A DNA stretch of 64,000 nt, taken from Tubiluchus corallicola (lineage: Eukaryota > Animalia > Priapulida). The notes below the pieces were generated by a model that did no database searches, was not told where the DNA came from, and saw only the letters and a program-made list of their open reading frames with translations. The stretch is taken from positions 52,072 through 116,071 of the forward strand of contig JAQGDQ010000667.1 of NCBI GenBank assembly GCA_030141605.1, in the 5' to 3' direction. The position numbers and the translations under genes are program-made. Positions 24,131-34,248 of the stretch are shown here, one piece after another; the stretch's first letter is position 1; every line of letters starts with the position of its first letter.

Positions 24131-24492
24131 AGTTGTGGCGATCGCTGGCATCTATTAGAATTTAATAGAACATTGTAGAATGTTCCATTAGAGTAATCGT
24201 CTTACTTTAGTAGAATGTTCTAGAAAGAAACGTCTAGAATGTTCCCTTGCACCCTATATAAGACGAAGCAGGCCGCTCAGACACACGCTGATTCACACGG
24301 ACGCCACTTACACATTCTCTTGTATACTCGAATTTTAGATACACTCAAACGTTTTCCAGGTTTTCACGTTTACTGTAATCATTTCGCGTTCCTTCATACT
24401 TTTGTGTTGTAGAATTCTCACTTAATAAACTAGATTAATTTGATGAAGTGTTTTCTGGTTTTCTCTACGAGCCTTTCGAGAGAAACACAACA
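24131..24492 (+). mobile_element. Solo LTR (BEL/Pao-like termini)
   Basis: (A/T)GTTGTG...CACAACA ends, 5-bp TSD CTTTA, TATA-like CCTATATAAG and AATAAA inside; inverted copy at 27512-27878. Confidence 0.8.
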
Positions 24493-24594
24493 CTTTAGCT
24501 GTTGAGTAAAGTCTCTAGCTAAGTGTCGCCATCTGTTGCTAATTTTACTAAATAAATACCGTGATGTTTATGTTTCTGTTGTTTTTGTTTACAG

Positions 24595-24760
24595 ATTCCT
24601 GCGTATGATCACACAAAACATACAATATTAAACCACGGCTGGATGGAAGAGGGAGCATCGTTACATGTCACCTCCAGTATGATCGCCGGCTTCGTCACGG
24701 CTCTCACTACCTCCCCGGTCGATGTCATCAAAACACGCGTGATGAATCAGAAGATTTTGG
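24595..24760 (+). CDS. Mitochondrial carrier exon 5
   Basis: IPAYDHTKH...SSMIAGFVTALTTSPVDVIKTRVMNQ; canonical AG/GT. Confidence 0.93.
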
Positions 24761-25081
24761 GTACGTTGTTAATGTAGTGTTTTCTAGTTACGTTTTTGTC
24801 TGCTGCCCGTAGATGGCAGAATCACAGTTTTTTTTATTTAGAGTACTGAAACGAAACGAATTCACTGTGAAAAATGTTGACTTCTCATTTTTGTACTGTC
24901 TTGTGCTACGTGACATGAATGTGTTCATTTTGCTTTGTAGCTGTCGCTGTGGTAAGAAAACACTCCCCGTGAACAAAGCTTAAAATTCATCGTTACTTGC
25001 ATACTGTCTTATTCTGCACAGTTTGTGTATTAGCAGCAGTAACTGTGTACAAAACCAGTAAATTTAACTTTCCATATGATT

Positions 25082-25270
25082 GCTAGGGGCAGCCATTTTA
25101 AGAGTGTAAAAACTTCAAATAACGTTACGTAAAGTTTGAAAAAGTAATCAGAGCACTCGTGGTGCACTCTTCAGTCAGTCAATGTGTTTTTTTTTGTTGA
25201 GCCAGTGATGCATGCTGGGATGGTGATGTCGTTTTAGCGCAAAAATTTTAAATTACTAAGAATTTTTTCT
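25082..25270 (+). mobile_element. Unclassified dispersed repeat (family Y) fragment
   Basis: Similar to ~54404-54650, ~55752-55860 plus ~56580-56710 (interrupted by a LINE), and ~44505-44690. Confidence 0.55.
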
Positions 25271-25277
25271 TAATTTC

Positions 25278-26258
25278 TGGTAAACATGGTGCCAAAGTAA
25301 CGTAACTTTCAAACTTGGTAAACATGGTGCAAAAGTAACGTAACTTTCAAACTTGGTAAACATGGTGCAAAAGTAACGTAACTTTCAAACTTGGTAAACA
25401 TGGTGCAAAAGTAACGTAACTTTCAAACTTGGTAAACATGGTGCAAAAGTAACGTAACTTTCAAACTTGGTAAACATGGTGCATAAGTAACGTAACTTTC
25501 AAACTTGGTAAACATGGTGCAAAAGTAACGTAACTTTCAAACTTGGTAAACATGGTGCAAAAGTAACGTAACTTTCAAACTTGGTAAACATGGTGCAAAA
25601 GTAACGTAACTTTCAAACTTGGTAAACATGGTGCAGAAGTAACGTAACTTTCAAACTTGGTAAACATGGTGCAAAAGTAACGTAACTTTCAAACTTGGTA
25701 AACATGGTGCAAAAGAAACGTAACTTTCAAACTTGGTAAACATGGTGGAAAAGAAACGTAACTTTCAAACTTGGTAAACATGGTGCAGAAGTAACGTAAC
25801 TTTCAAACTTGGTAAACATGGTGCAGAAGTAACGTAACTTTCAAACTTGGTAAACATGGTGCAGAAGTAACGTAACTCTCAAACTTGGTAAACATGGTGC
25901 AGAAGTAACGTAACTTTCAAACTTGGTAAACATGGTGCAGAAGTAACGTAACTTTCAAACTTGGTAAACATGGTGCAGAAGTAACGTAACTTTCAAACTT
26001 GGTAAACATGGTGCAGAAGTAACGTAACTTTCAAACTTGGTAAACATGGTGCAGAAGTAACGTAACTCTCAAACTTGGTAAACATGGTGCAAAAGTAACG
26101 TAACTCTCAAACTTGGTAAACATGGTGCAAAATTAACGTAACTTTCAAACTTGGTAAACATGGTGCAAAAGTAACGTAACTCTCAAACTTGGTAAACATG
26201 GTGCAAAAGTAACGTAACTTTCAAACTTGGTAAACATGGTGCAAAAGTAACGTAACTT
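25278..26258. repeat. 38-bp minisatellite, ~26 copies
   Basis: Unit TGGTAAACATGGTGCA(A/G)AAGTAACGTAACTTTCAAACT. Confidence 0.97.
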
Positions 26259-26359
26259 TGTATGAAAAGTTTTTATTTACATACTTTCCCTTTAAAATGA
26301 ATTTTTAGTTTTTTAATGTTGACTTTATCATGGTTATAAATATTTTTTCATAATTTCAG

Positions 26360-26544
26360 GCACGGGTGGACGACTCCTGTACTCCAATTCCTTCGACTGC
26401 CTCATAAAGACCTTGCGAAGCGAAGGCCCCATCGGCTTGTACAAGGGATTCATCCCAAACTGGATGAGAATCGGTCCGCACACCATCGTCACGTTCTTCA
26501 TCTTCGAGCAGCTGCGCCGAGTGATCGGAATGAAGCCAGTCTGA
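26360..26544 (+). CDS. Mitochondrial carrier exon 6 (terminal)
   Basis: YSNSFDCLIKTLRSEGPIGLYKGFIPNWMRIGPHTIVTFFIFEQLRRVIGMKPV-stop. Confidence 0.93.
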
Positions 26545-26749
26545 TTCGGGTGAAGCTGCGAGGATCTTGACTCTCGTGTGAAACACATTCCATGATCTGA
26601 TCTTTCTTTGCCTTTTTAGAGGCTTTCTGTAATCTGATGTTCTTGTATTTTTTATTTGATTCTTGTAACTTTCATGTTAAACATTCTGAAGTTTAATTAA
26701 CTTTGATCATCTTAATGTTAAGATTATTACTAAATGGTAATTAATGAAT

Positions 26750-26870
26750 GATTAATTAAGGTTTGATATCAAACTTGAAAGATGTGAAAAAATTGTGAAT
26801 GTGCCTGGATTCGAACCAAGGACCTGCTTATATTGTAGAGGCCTTAGACACCAGGCCACCACACTCCCCA
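26750..26870 (-). mobile_element. tRNA-derived SINE-like element
   Basis: Minus strand has an A-box-like TGGCCTGGTG and B-box GGTTCGAATCC; a related copy lies on + at ~27246-27342 (GGTTCAAATCC). Confidence 0.6.
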
Positions 26871-27245
26871 GTTGCAATGTATGAAGAATTTCTGAAGGTA
26901 AAATTGCCAAGACATCAGCATAGGTAGAACACAGGTGAGTTTATTTATACAAATCAGTAACAGCACATGTTTATTCAATGATCTCTGACAGCCAACTGAC
27001 CAGGTAAGTTTTTCTATAAAGCAAGGAAGCCAGCAATTCTATGAAAGGTAAATGTCATGCATGCTACATAGTTCAAGCATGAAAGTTGAGACTGTACATA
27101 AAGAAATAGACCTATTTTACAGCTGAAATTTCTTGTGTGGGATTTTCTAATGTTTTAACCATTGAATGTAATAATATGACACAATAAATAAAAAATAATA
27201 ACATAATAATAAAAAATAAAATCAAGAAATCGTGAGCTTCACGAC

Positions 27246-27342
27246 ACAATGTAAGCAGAGGCTCCTTGGTTCAAATCCAAGCTGGATTCCAACTTTTTCA
27301 CTTTTCCTGTTTTTCAAGTTTGGTGCCAAAATTGAATTAATT
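27246..27342 (+). mobile_element. tRNA-derived SINE-like element (partial, inverted relative to 26750-26870)
   Basis: ACAATGTAAGCAG..CCTTGGTTCAAATCCA..TTTTTCAC..TTTCAAGTTTG matches the reverse complement of 26750-26840. Confidence 0.55.
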
Positions 27343-27511
27343 TTAGGATTGCATCTTCGGAAGGAGTTTACAAGTCCTCATAAAACGTAAATGCTCTAAC
27401 CTTCAACCCTAAACTTAATTAGTTTCTGGAACTATTTTCTTGTGTGTGAGGAATTGTAAACTTTATAATTAGCTGTGTATTCCTTTATATGTATTTCCTG
27501 ATATTCCTTTT

Positions 27512-27878
27512 CGTTGTGTTTTGTTTCTCTCGGAGAGGCTCGTAGAGAAAACCAGAAAACACTTCGTCAAATTAAACTAGTTTATTAAGTGAGAATTCTA
27601 CAACGTAAAAGTATGAAGGAACGCGAAATGATTACAGTAAATGTGAAAATCTGGGAAATGTTTGAGTGTATCTGGAAACGTATACAAGAGAATGTGTGAG
27701 TGGCGTCCATGCGAAATCTGCGTGAGTGTCTCAGCGGCCTGCCTCGCCTTATATAGGATGCGCGAGAAGCTTCTAGAAGTTTTGTTCTAGAACATTTTAC
27801 AAGGTAAGACGATTATTCTAACGGAACATTCTACAATGTTCTATTTAATTCTAATAGCTGCCAGCGATCTCCACAACA
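27512..27878 (-). mobile_element. Solo LTR, second copy
   Basis: Reverse complement of 24131-24492; 5-bp TSD CTTTT. Confidence 0.8.
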
Positions 27879-28153
27879 CTTTTGTGTTCTAGAGCAAAGA
27901 TTTTAATATTATTTCCATGAATCAAATGCTAGAATTTATGTACACCTACGTTCATGACCAAGACATTCTGTATCAGGACAGGTTACCTGCCACGATGCAT
28001 CATTTTTCAATTTCGTACAGCATAATTGTGATAGAGAGGGAGTTGTAGATGGGGGAGACTTTCAGGATTCTTTGTTGACGACCAAGTTTGTGGAATTGCT
28101 CTGAATTAATTATCTACGTTCATAAATCAATGGCTTCTGTGATAAAACTTGTC

Positions 28154-28605
28154 ATAATGTAGTGGTTTCTCTGTCCTAATGTTCTGTCCTAAATGCTCAA
28201 TTTTTCACATAGTGAGTCCTATAATGTATTGCTTTCTCTGTCCTAATGTTCCGTCCTAAATGCTCAATTTTTCACATAGTGAATCCTATAATGTAGTGGT
28301 TTCTCTGTCCTAATGTTCCGTCCTAAATACTCAATTTTTCACATAGTGAGTCCTATAATGTAGTGGTTTCTCTGTCCTAATGTTCCGTCCTAAATGCTCA
28401 ATTTTTCACATAGTGAGTCCTATAATGTATTGCTTTCTCTGTCCTAATGTTCCGTCCTAAATACTCAATTTTTCACATAGTGAGTCCTATAATGTAGTGG
28501 TTTCTCTGTCCTAATGTTCTGTTCTAAATGCTCAATTTTTCACATAGTGAGTCCTATAATGTAGTGGTTTCTCTGTCCTAAATGCTAAGTCTTTCACAGT
28601 GAATC
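28154..28605. repeat. 67-bp minisatellite, ~6.5 copies
   Basis: Unit ATAATGTAGTGGTTTCTCTGTCCTAATGTTCCGTCCTAAATGCTCAATTTTTCACATAGTGAGTCCT. Confidence 0.95.
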
Positions 28606-29364
28606 CCTCCATATTCTTTGGGCAGCTAAACTTCAGAATTGTGAGATAATCCCGTGGAAGTGAAGGTCTTTTCAAGTTTAAGTTGTAGGAATAGCAAAAT
28701 CTGGTAAGTTCTCTAGAAGTCGAGTCTCAGTAATGTGATTTTCAAGGGACCAAAATATTTTTTCGTATTGGCTCTGAGGACCGTAAGAGTTTGCTGCATT
28801 TTGCGTGGCTTCATGGAAAATTGCTCTCACAAAGTGATTATGTTATATATGATCATTTTTGTAAGTTTCTACTCCTAATACAACAGGCTTTCATGCAAAA
28901 TTATATTTGAAACACATTTGCTTACCTTAGACAAATTAATAATCGAATTTTGACTAGAAAATTGGAAAAAGCTGGGAAACAAATTTTTGTTTTGAAAGCC
29001 ATAGGTGTTGTAAAGTTTTTGGTAATGCAAAGCTGTCGCAAATGTTGGCCGACTAGCACAATTATTTAACATGTAAGATTTAATAACTATTAAATAAACA
29101 TTTTATTTTAGTTCGATTTACAAAGTGATTTTATATTTATAATCTGATGTTTCTGATTTTAATGACAATGTGTTTATGTAATTACAGCTTATCTACCTGA
29201 AATTAAATTTTTATACGTCGTTATACTACTCATTAAGAGATCTCTCAAATCAGTTTGCTGTTGTTATTTATAAAATCTTTAGTGTTTGTACTCAGTTGTA
29301 ATTTCTACCTATGATTTCGTGTTGGAAATGGCTACTGTGGCAGGCGTAATATCGTTCTTATGAA

Positions 29365-29605
29365 CAGGGCCGGCCTTAGGTAATTGGAGGCCCTAGGCAA
29401 AGTGAATTTGGTGGCCCCAAATGAAATAGAAAAATGAAAAATAAATACGAAAAAAATCAAATTACGCAATTTACGAGAGAGAAAGAGAGAGAGAGAGGCA
29501 GTATGTTCGCATAAAGCAAAACAAATGTTACCTCGGCATGAGGCCCCCCTGGAGGGTGAGGCCTTAGGTGGTTGCCTAGTTTGCCTATGCTTAAGGCCGA
29601 CCCTG
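29365..29605 (+). mobile_element. hAT-type MITE family B, copy 1
   Basis: TIR CAGGGCCGGCCTTA; exact TSD CTTATGAA; internal (GA)n. Confidence 0.92.
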
Positions 29606-29732
29606 CTTATGAAATACTTTGTTGTGTGTCCTTATGTAAACTCCATTTTAAGAGCAAACTTGCTATTTCAGCATTACACATGTAAGTATTTACAATGACA
29701 ATAGTTTGTTGATATTGTAATGTACGTTAATA

Positions 29733-29988
29733 CAGTAAACTTTGCATAACTCAAATCCAAACGGACTCAAAAGAGACTTTTAGTTAGGCGATGGTGACCA
29801 TTTTCCAGTATAGAAACTCTAAACCCCTCCTCCAGATGGCGAGCTAAATAGAAGGCACAAAGTCAAACCATTCATACATAGACGACAAGATTTGATGACA
29901 ATTACGTGAAGAATAAAAAATTACGTAGTGAAACACGATTTTTTTGTTACAGGAATTCTTTGAGTTAGTCGAAAATTTGAATTTACTG
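29733..29988. mobile_element. Tc1/mariner-type MITE remnant
   Basis: TA-CAGTAAA...TTTACTG-TA ends with subterminal TAACTCAAA / TTTGAGTTA. Confidence 0.55.
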
Positions 29989-30024
29989 TAAACCCTTTTA
30001 CACAGCGTACTTTGGAACTACAAA

Positions 30025-30466
30025 AGACATTTCGTTTTGCCAATGGGCATTAAGCGAGATTGACATTATAACAAAGTGCATTAATATGTTCATGTCTGTG
30101 CAGATGTAGACATTTCATTTTGCCAGTGGGCATTAAGCGAGATTGACATTATAACAAAGTGCATTAATATGTTTATGTCTGTGCAGATGTAGACATTTCA
30201 TTTTGCCAGTGGGCATTAAGCGAGATTGACATTATAACAAAGTGCATTAATATGTTTATGTCTGTGCAGATGTAGACATTTCATTTTGCCAGTGGGCATT
30301 AAGCGAAATTGACATTATAACAAAGTGCATTAATATGTTTATGTCTGTGCAGATGTAGACATTTCATTTTGCCAGTGGGCATTAAGCGAGATTGACATTA
30401 TAACAGAGTGCATTAATATGTTTATGTCTGTGCAGATTTAGACATTTCCTTTTGTCAGTGGGCATT
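30025..30466. repeat. 83-bp minisatellite, ~5 copies
   Basis: Unit AGACATTTCATTTTGCCAGTGGGCATTAAGCGAGATTGACATTATAACAAAGTGCATTAATATGTTTATGTCTGTGCAGATGT. Confidence 0.95.
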
Positions 30467-31008
30467 ATAAAGATGGGTATTTTTTTTATCAAGGTTTAAT
30501 TGTTGTATAATTATAATTAAAGTGCTTTAATAAATTAAGTAAAGTGTTGGATTAGGCATAATTTTATTATATAATAATAATAAATCTTTATTCAAAAGAG
30601 CATATATACAAAAGGGTGCCTCTTTTTGTAGGCTCTTTTTATTATAATTACACAAAGCTGTAATTCTGTTAAGAAATTAATTATCTGATAATGAATCATA
30701 ATTGCAAGTTATAATTTGAATTAGTTGCACATAAGTTGCTGCTTTTGTATTTTTTAAACTTATCAAACTTCTTCAAGTCCATCAAAGTAGCACAGTTGCT
30801 GTAAAATATACCATGTGGCATAGCCCAATGGCAGCCTGCTGCTCTCCTGCCCACCACGTCATACAAAAAACACTTTGAAAATGGTACCGCTGCTTGTTCA
30901 GCCAAGCATGGAGGTTTATTCAAGTACTTATGGGTAATAATAGTCAAAACCACTTTGGAAATAAGTATTGAGTTACTTAAATTCTTATACCTGGTATATG
31001 TCATAAAT

Positions 31009-31459
31009 CAGGGGCGTGCAAATTATCTGACGAGCCGGGCCACATTAAACTTTCCCACAATTCCTGCGGGCCACAGGCAGTTTGATCAAGGAGCCAAGTA
31101 CAGTAAGGCCTAATAACGATTTCCTTGCATCCGACCTGCGTACATCATTACTACTACACTCAAGAAACTATTTTAGAAGTTATTAAAATTTATATTAGAA
31201 ACCATGTATTTCTACTTTCAGGACAGATAGTGGTAATTTCATTACAATGCATGTTAGTAATGTGTATCACACAGTCTGTGTAGTACAGTGACATTAAGCT
31301 ACAACCGTCTTGTAAGGGTTAATGGCATCCGATCTAGTAGAAAAAACTAACTGCACTATCTTTGGGATCGTGGCATGGACTTCAGCTGGATACACTCAAT
31401 TAATCGCATGTTCATTAGGTTGACAAATCTCTTTGCGGGCCGCAATTTGCACACCCCTG
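31009..31459 (-). mobile_element. hAT-type MITE family A, copy 3
   Basis: CAGGGGCGTGCAAATT...AATTTGCACACCCCTG; exact TSD TCATAAAT. Confidence 0.92.
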
Positions 31460-31869
31460 TCATAAATGAAATTATTATTGTAAAACAAAATTTTAAAATA
31501 CCAAGCAATTTTGGCAGGAAAAAATCTTTTTTAACACGGTTTATAAGGGATACCATGGGACGTTATTGTAAGACCTGATTTGCTTCAGAAAAACTAATTA
31601 TTTACACTGTAACTAGTTGCTACAGGGTGTCCAGAAATTTACTCAGCAATCACATTTTACTGTCGTAATATTATGTGGTGAAAGTTTTAGTGGTTGTAAA
31701 AGAAACAATGTCTAAAAATCCAATGGGAAGTCTACATCAGAAATAAGACCAAACTTTGACTTCACTTGTAAATTACTGAGCCCCTCTTACTGAAGCAGAG
31801 ATCTAAAACTGTATCAGAAATGAAGTTTAAAGGAGGATGGGACGATTTTTCATACACTACCTCATTTTC

Positions 31870-32375
31870 AAGTTCGGTAAAAAGTTTACATTTTAACACA
31901 ATTGATACTGCAAAAGTGTTTCTGATAATTAAATGATAGATTAAAATCTTAGTTAATGGCGGGCGTGCCCAACTATTGATGACGTCACAAACGAATACAA
32001 TTTTCAATGGCAAAAGTATTCCACAAGCGTGTTGCACAAGTTTGCGAAAAAGAAAATTGAACTACATTGCTACTGTTAGATAAATATTCAGTATATTGTT
32101 ATAAAACTTGGCAAGTTTTAAGATAAAAATTAAAATTTACTGTGCTCGAGCATGAGCTGTCGAACGTGTGCAGTTCATCACAAACAAACACATCTGAACC
32201 GAGAGTTAAAGCAGCTGGTTTCTGTGCAATGCATTTCCAAAATTCAGGTGCTAGTGTCTGTTTAACTGGCGAATTACGAACTACATGTAACAGTAACGAA
32301 CTAGTGGTGTGAACGTGAAATTGCGCTTGTGTGGTAAGGATTCTTCCATGCAATGCAAGTCATTTTTCAAAACAT
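31870..32375 (+). mobile_element. Unclassified dispersed repeat (family X)
   Basis: Homologous blocks (e.g. CATGAGCTGTCGAACGTGTGCAGTTC) recur at ~45470-45790, ~54828-55265 and ~63510-63740. Confidence 0.65.
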
Positions 32376-32577
32376 GTTTTAAAGATTGTTTTGACCTCTG
32401 GTTCAAAATTGGGTCCAGTTTAATAATACATCTCAGCCACATAAAAAGAAAAAGAAACCAGCGTCCATAAAAAGAAGGACGTGTTATTATTGTAAACAAG
32501 TAAAAGTTATTAAATTGATAAAGAGGTCAGCTATTTGCTTCAAGTTCTGTAGATTCGGTTTCAAATGCTTCGATTGT

Positions 32578-34248
32578 CTATGGTTCTATGGATTCGACTT
32601 CTGATGCTTCAGTCATTGGTTTGCTAGTTGTTTCAGGTTCGGCTGAGTCTGTCTCGGTTGCTTCAGCTGCAGCTATGGCTTTCCGTTTCAGTTTCCGTTT
32701 TCGTCTAAAATAGCGACAAGTCAGACAACAAATTGATGATTCAATCTTTGCTTTGCTAGTTGTTTCAGGGTCAGCTGAGTTCGTCTCTGCTGCTTCAGCT
32801 GCAGCTATGGCTTTCCGTTTCAGTTTCCGTTTTCGTCTAAAATAGCGGCAGGTCAGACAACAAATTGACGTTGTAAAGAGAATAGCTGCTAGGCAAATGA
32901 CTGCCATGCTTAACAAACTTTTGCTAAGATCGGTTGTGCTGACTTTTAGTGGACCGTAACAAGTGCTGCCGCATTTTGCAAATTCACAACACTTCTCCTG
33001 CAGTGGACACTCATAGGTATCTCTGCACCTCTGCGGTGGACAAAGCTCGTTCGTCTTGAATGTGTCCTCGTGCGGACAAGTCCGGAGATCAAGTTCACAT
33101 CGGGCACCGGTAAACATTGGCATGCATTCGCAGAGGAAGGCATCAGTTCCATCTACGCATGTTCCATTGTTTTTGCACGGATCAGACTCGCATTTGTTTA
33201 CATATATCTCACAATTCTTGCCCTGGTAACCTGGTTCACATATGCAAATGTAATCGTTTACTCTGTCTGCACATTTTCCATTGTTCTTGCATGGGCTGAG
33301 TGCACATTCATTTACTTCGACCTCGCATAAATGCCCTTCGTAACCTGGCAAACAGGTACAAAAGTAATCCTCTTCTCCTTCGAGGCGACAGGAGGCGCCA
33401 TTCAAGCAAGGAAAGCTCAGACACGCATGTACGACATCGGGTAAGGTTACGCCGCTTGTACAGTATCTGCTGTCTTCGTTTGCAGCACAACCGTAACACT
33501 TATTAAACTCAGGTTGGAAGCCTTCGTCTAAACACTCGTCAACGCATGACGTACCGCAAGTGTCTATGTTCTCCTCACAAATGATGCCTCGGTAGCCGGG
33601 TAGACAAACGCAATAAGCTATGCCGTCACGGCTCAATAAACAAAGTCCTTTGTTTAGACAATAAGTTTCTGAGCAGTTTTTTGGTACATCGAGGTAGTAA
33701 ATCACTATTTCAAAACCAGTTTGATTTGTCCCGGCGACGTAAGTTGCATTATACGGGTCAAACTCCCAATACCTGTTTATGTAGAAGGTCAAGTAAAGTC
33801 TATCCCATTTGGGTTCTTCCCCTACGAAGACTGGCCTTTTAGGCGCTCTGCAATCATCCCAGTTGGAATCAGATTTGAAAATATGCGTCTTGTTTCCTTG
33901 TCGTATCCACACCCTGTCGTACGGGCACTTCAGGTTTACGTGACGGAAATACAGTTTGGTTGTTAGACTGGGCACTCGAGGTATGACAATAATACTCGCA
34001 TTTAAAGCAGACGTTTCCATACCTAATTCATAATGCCAGTAATATGCATTGCTGCGATCATCCTGTTTAGTCTCTATGGACGTGTTTGTGGCCTTGAGAT
34101 GTAACAACTTCGCATTTTCTGATGGTCTTTCAGCATTCGCCTTCATGTGTACTGGCGTAATCACTACACGATTATTAGGAAACACAATTCTTCGACAAAC
34201 GACAACGGAAATGGAGAGAGAAATCACCAAAAAGGATCCTCTTTCCAT
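32578..34248 (-). CDS. Intronless type-I membrane protein: signal peptide, CUB-like region, ~4 EGF repeats, WAP-like domain, TM helix, duplicated basic tail; 556 aa
   Basis: CPYDRVWIRQG...GFEIVIY (CUB-like); EGF repeats such as VNECALSPCKNNGKC...CICEPGYQGKNCE; CP...CRDTYECPLQEKCC...CGSTC (WAP-like); TM LLSMAVICLAAILFTTSICCL followed by RYFRRKRK. Confidence 0.9.
   Translation of the reverse strand: MERGSFLVISLSISVVVCRRIVFPNNRVVITPVHMKANAERPSENAKLLHLKATNTSIETKQDDRSNAYYWHYELGMETSALNASIIVIPRVPSLTTKLYFRHVNLKCPYDRVWIRQGNKTHIFKSDSNWDDCRAPKRPVFVGEEPKWDRLYLTFYINRYWEFDPYNATYVAGTNQTGFEIVIYYLDVPKNCSETYCLNKGLCLLSRDGIAYCVCLPGYRGIICEENIDTCGTSCVDECLDEGFQPEFNKCYGCAANEDSRYCTSGVTLPDVVHACLSFPCLNGASCRLEGEEDYFCTCLPGYEGHLCEVEVNECALSPCKNNGKCADRVNDYICICEPGYQGKNCEIYVNKCESDPCKNNGTCVDGTDAFLCECMPMFTGARCELDLRTCPHEDTFKTNELCPPQRCRDTYECPLQEKCCEFAKCGSTCYGPLKVSTTDLSKSLLSMAVICLAAILFTTSICCLTCRYFRRKRKLKRKAIAAAEAAETNSADPETTSKAKIESSICCLTCRYFRRKRKLKRKAIAAAEATETDSAEPETTSKPMTEASEVESIEP

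Noticed and set aside
26790-26870. tRNA gene
   Set aside because: Has A/B-box-like motifs but no convincing cloverleaf or acceptor stem, and a diverged second copy shares a non-tRNA tail, which fits a SINE better. tRNAscan-SE would settle it.
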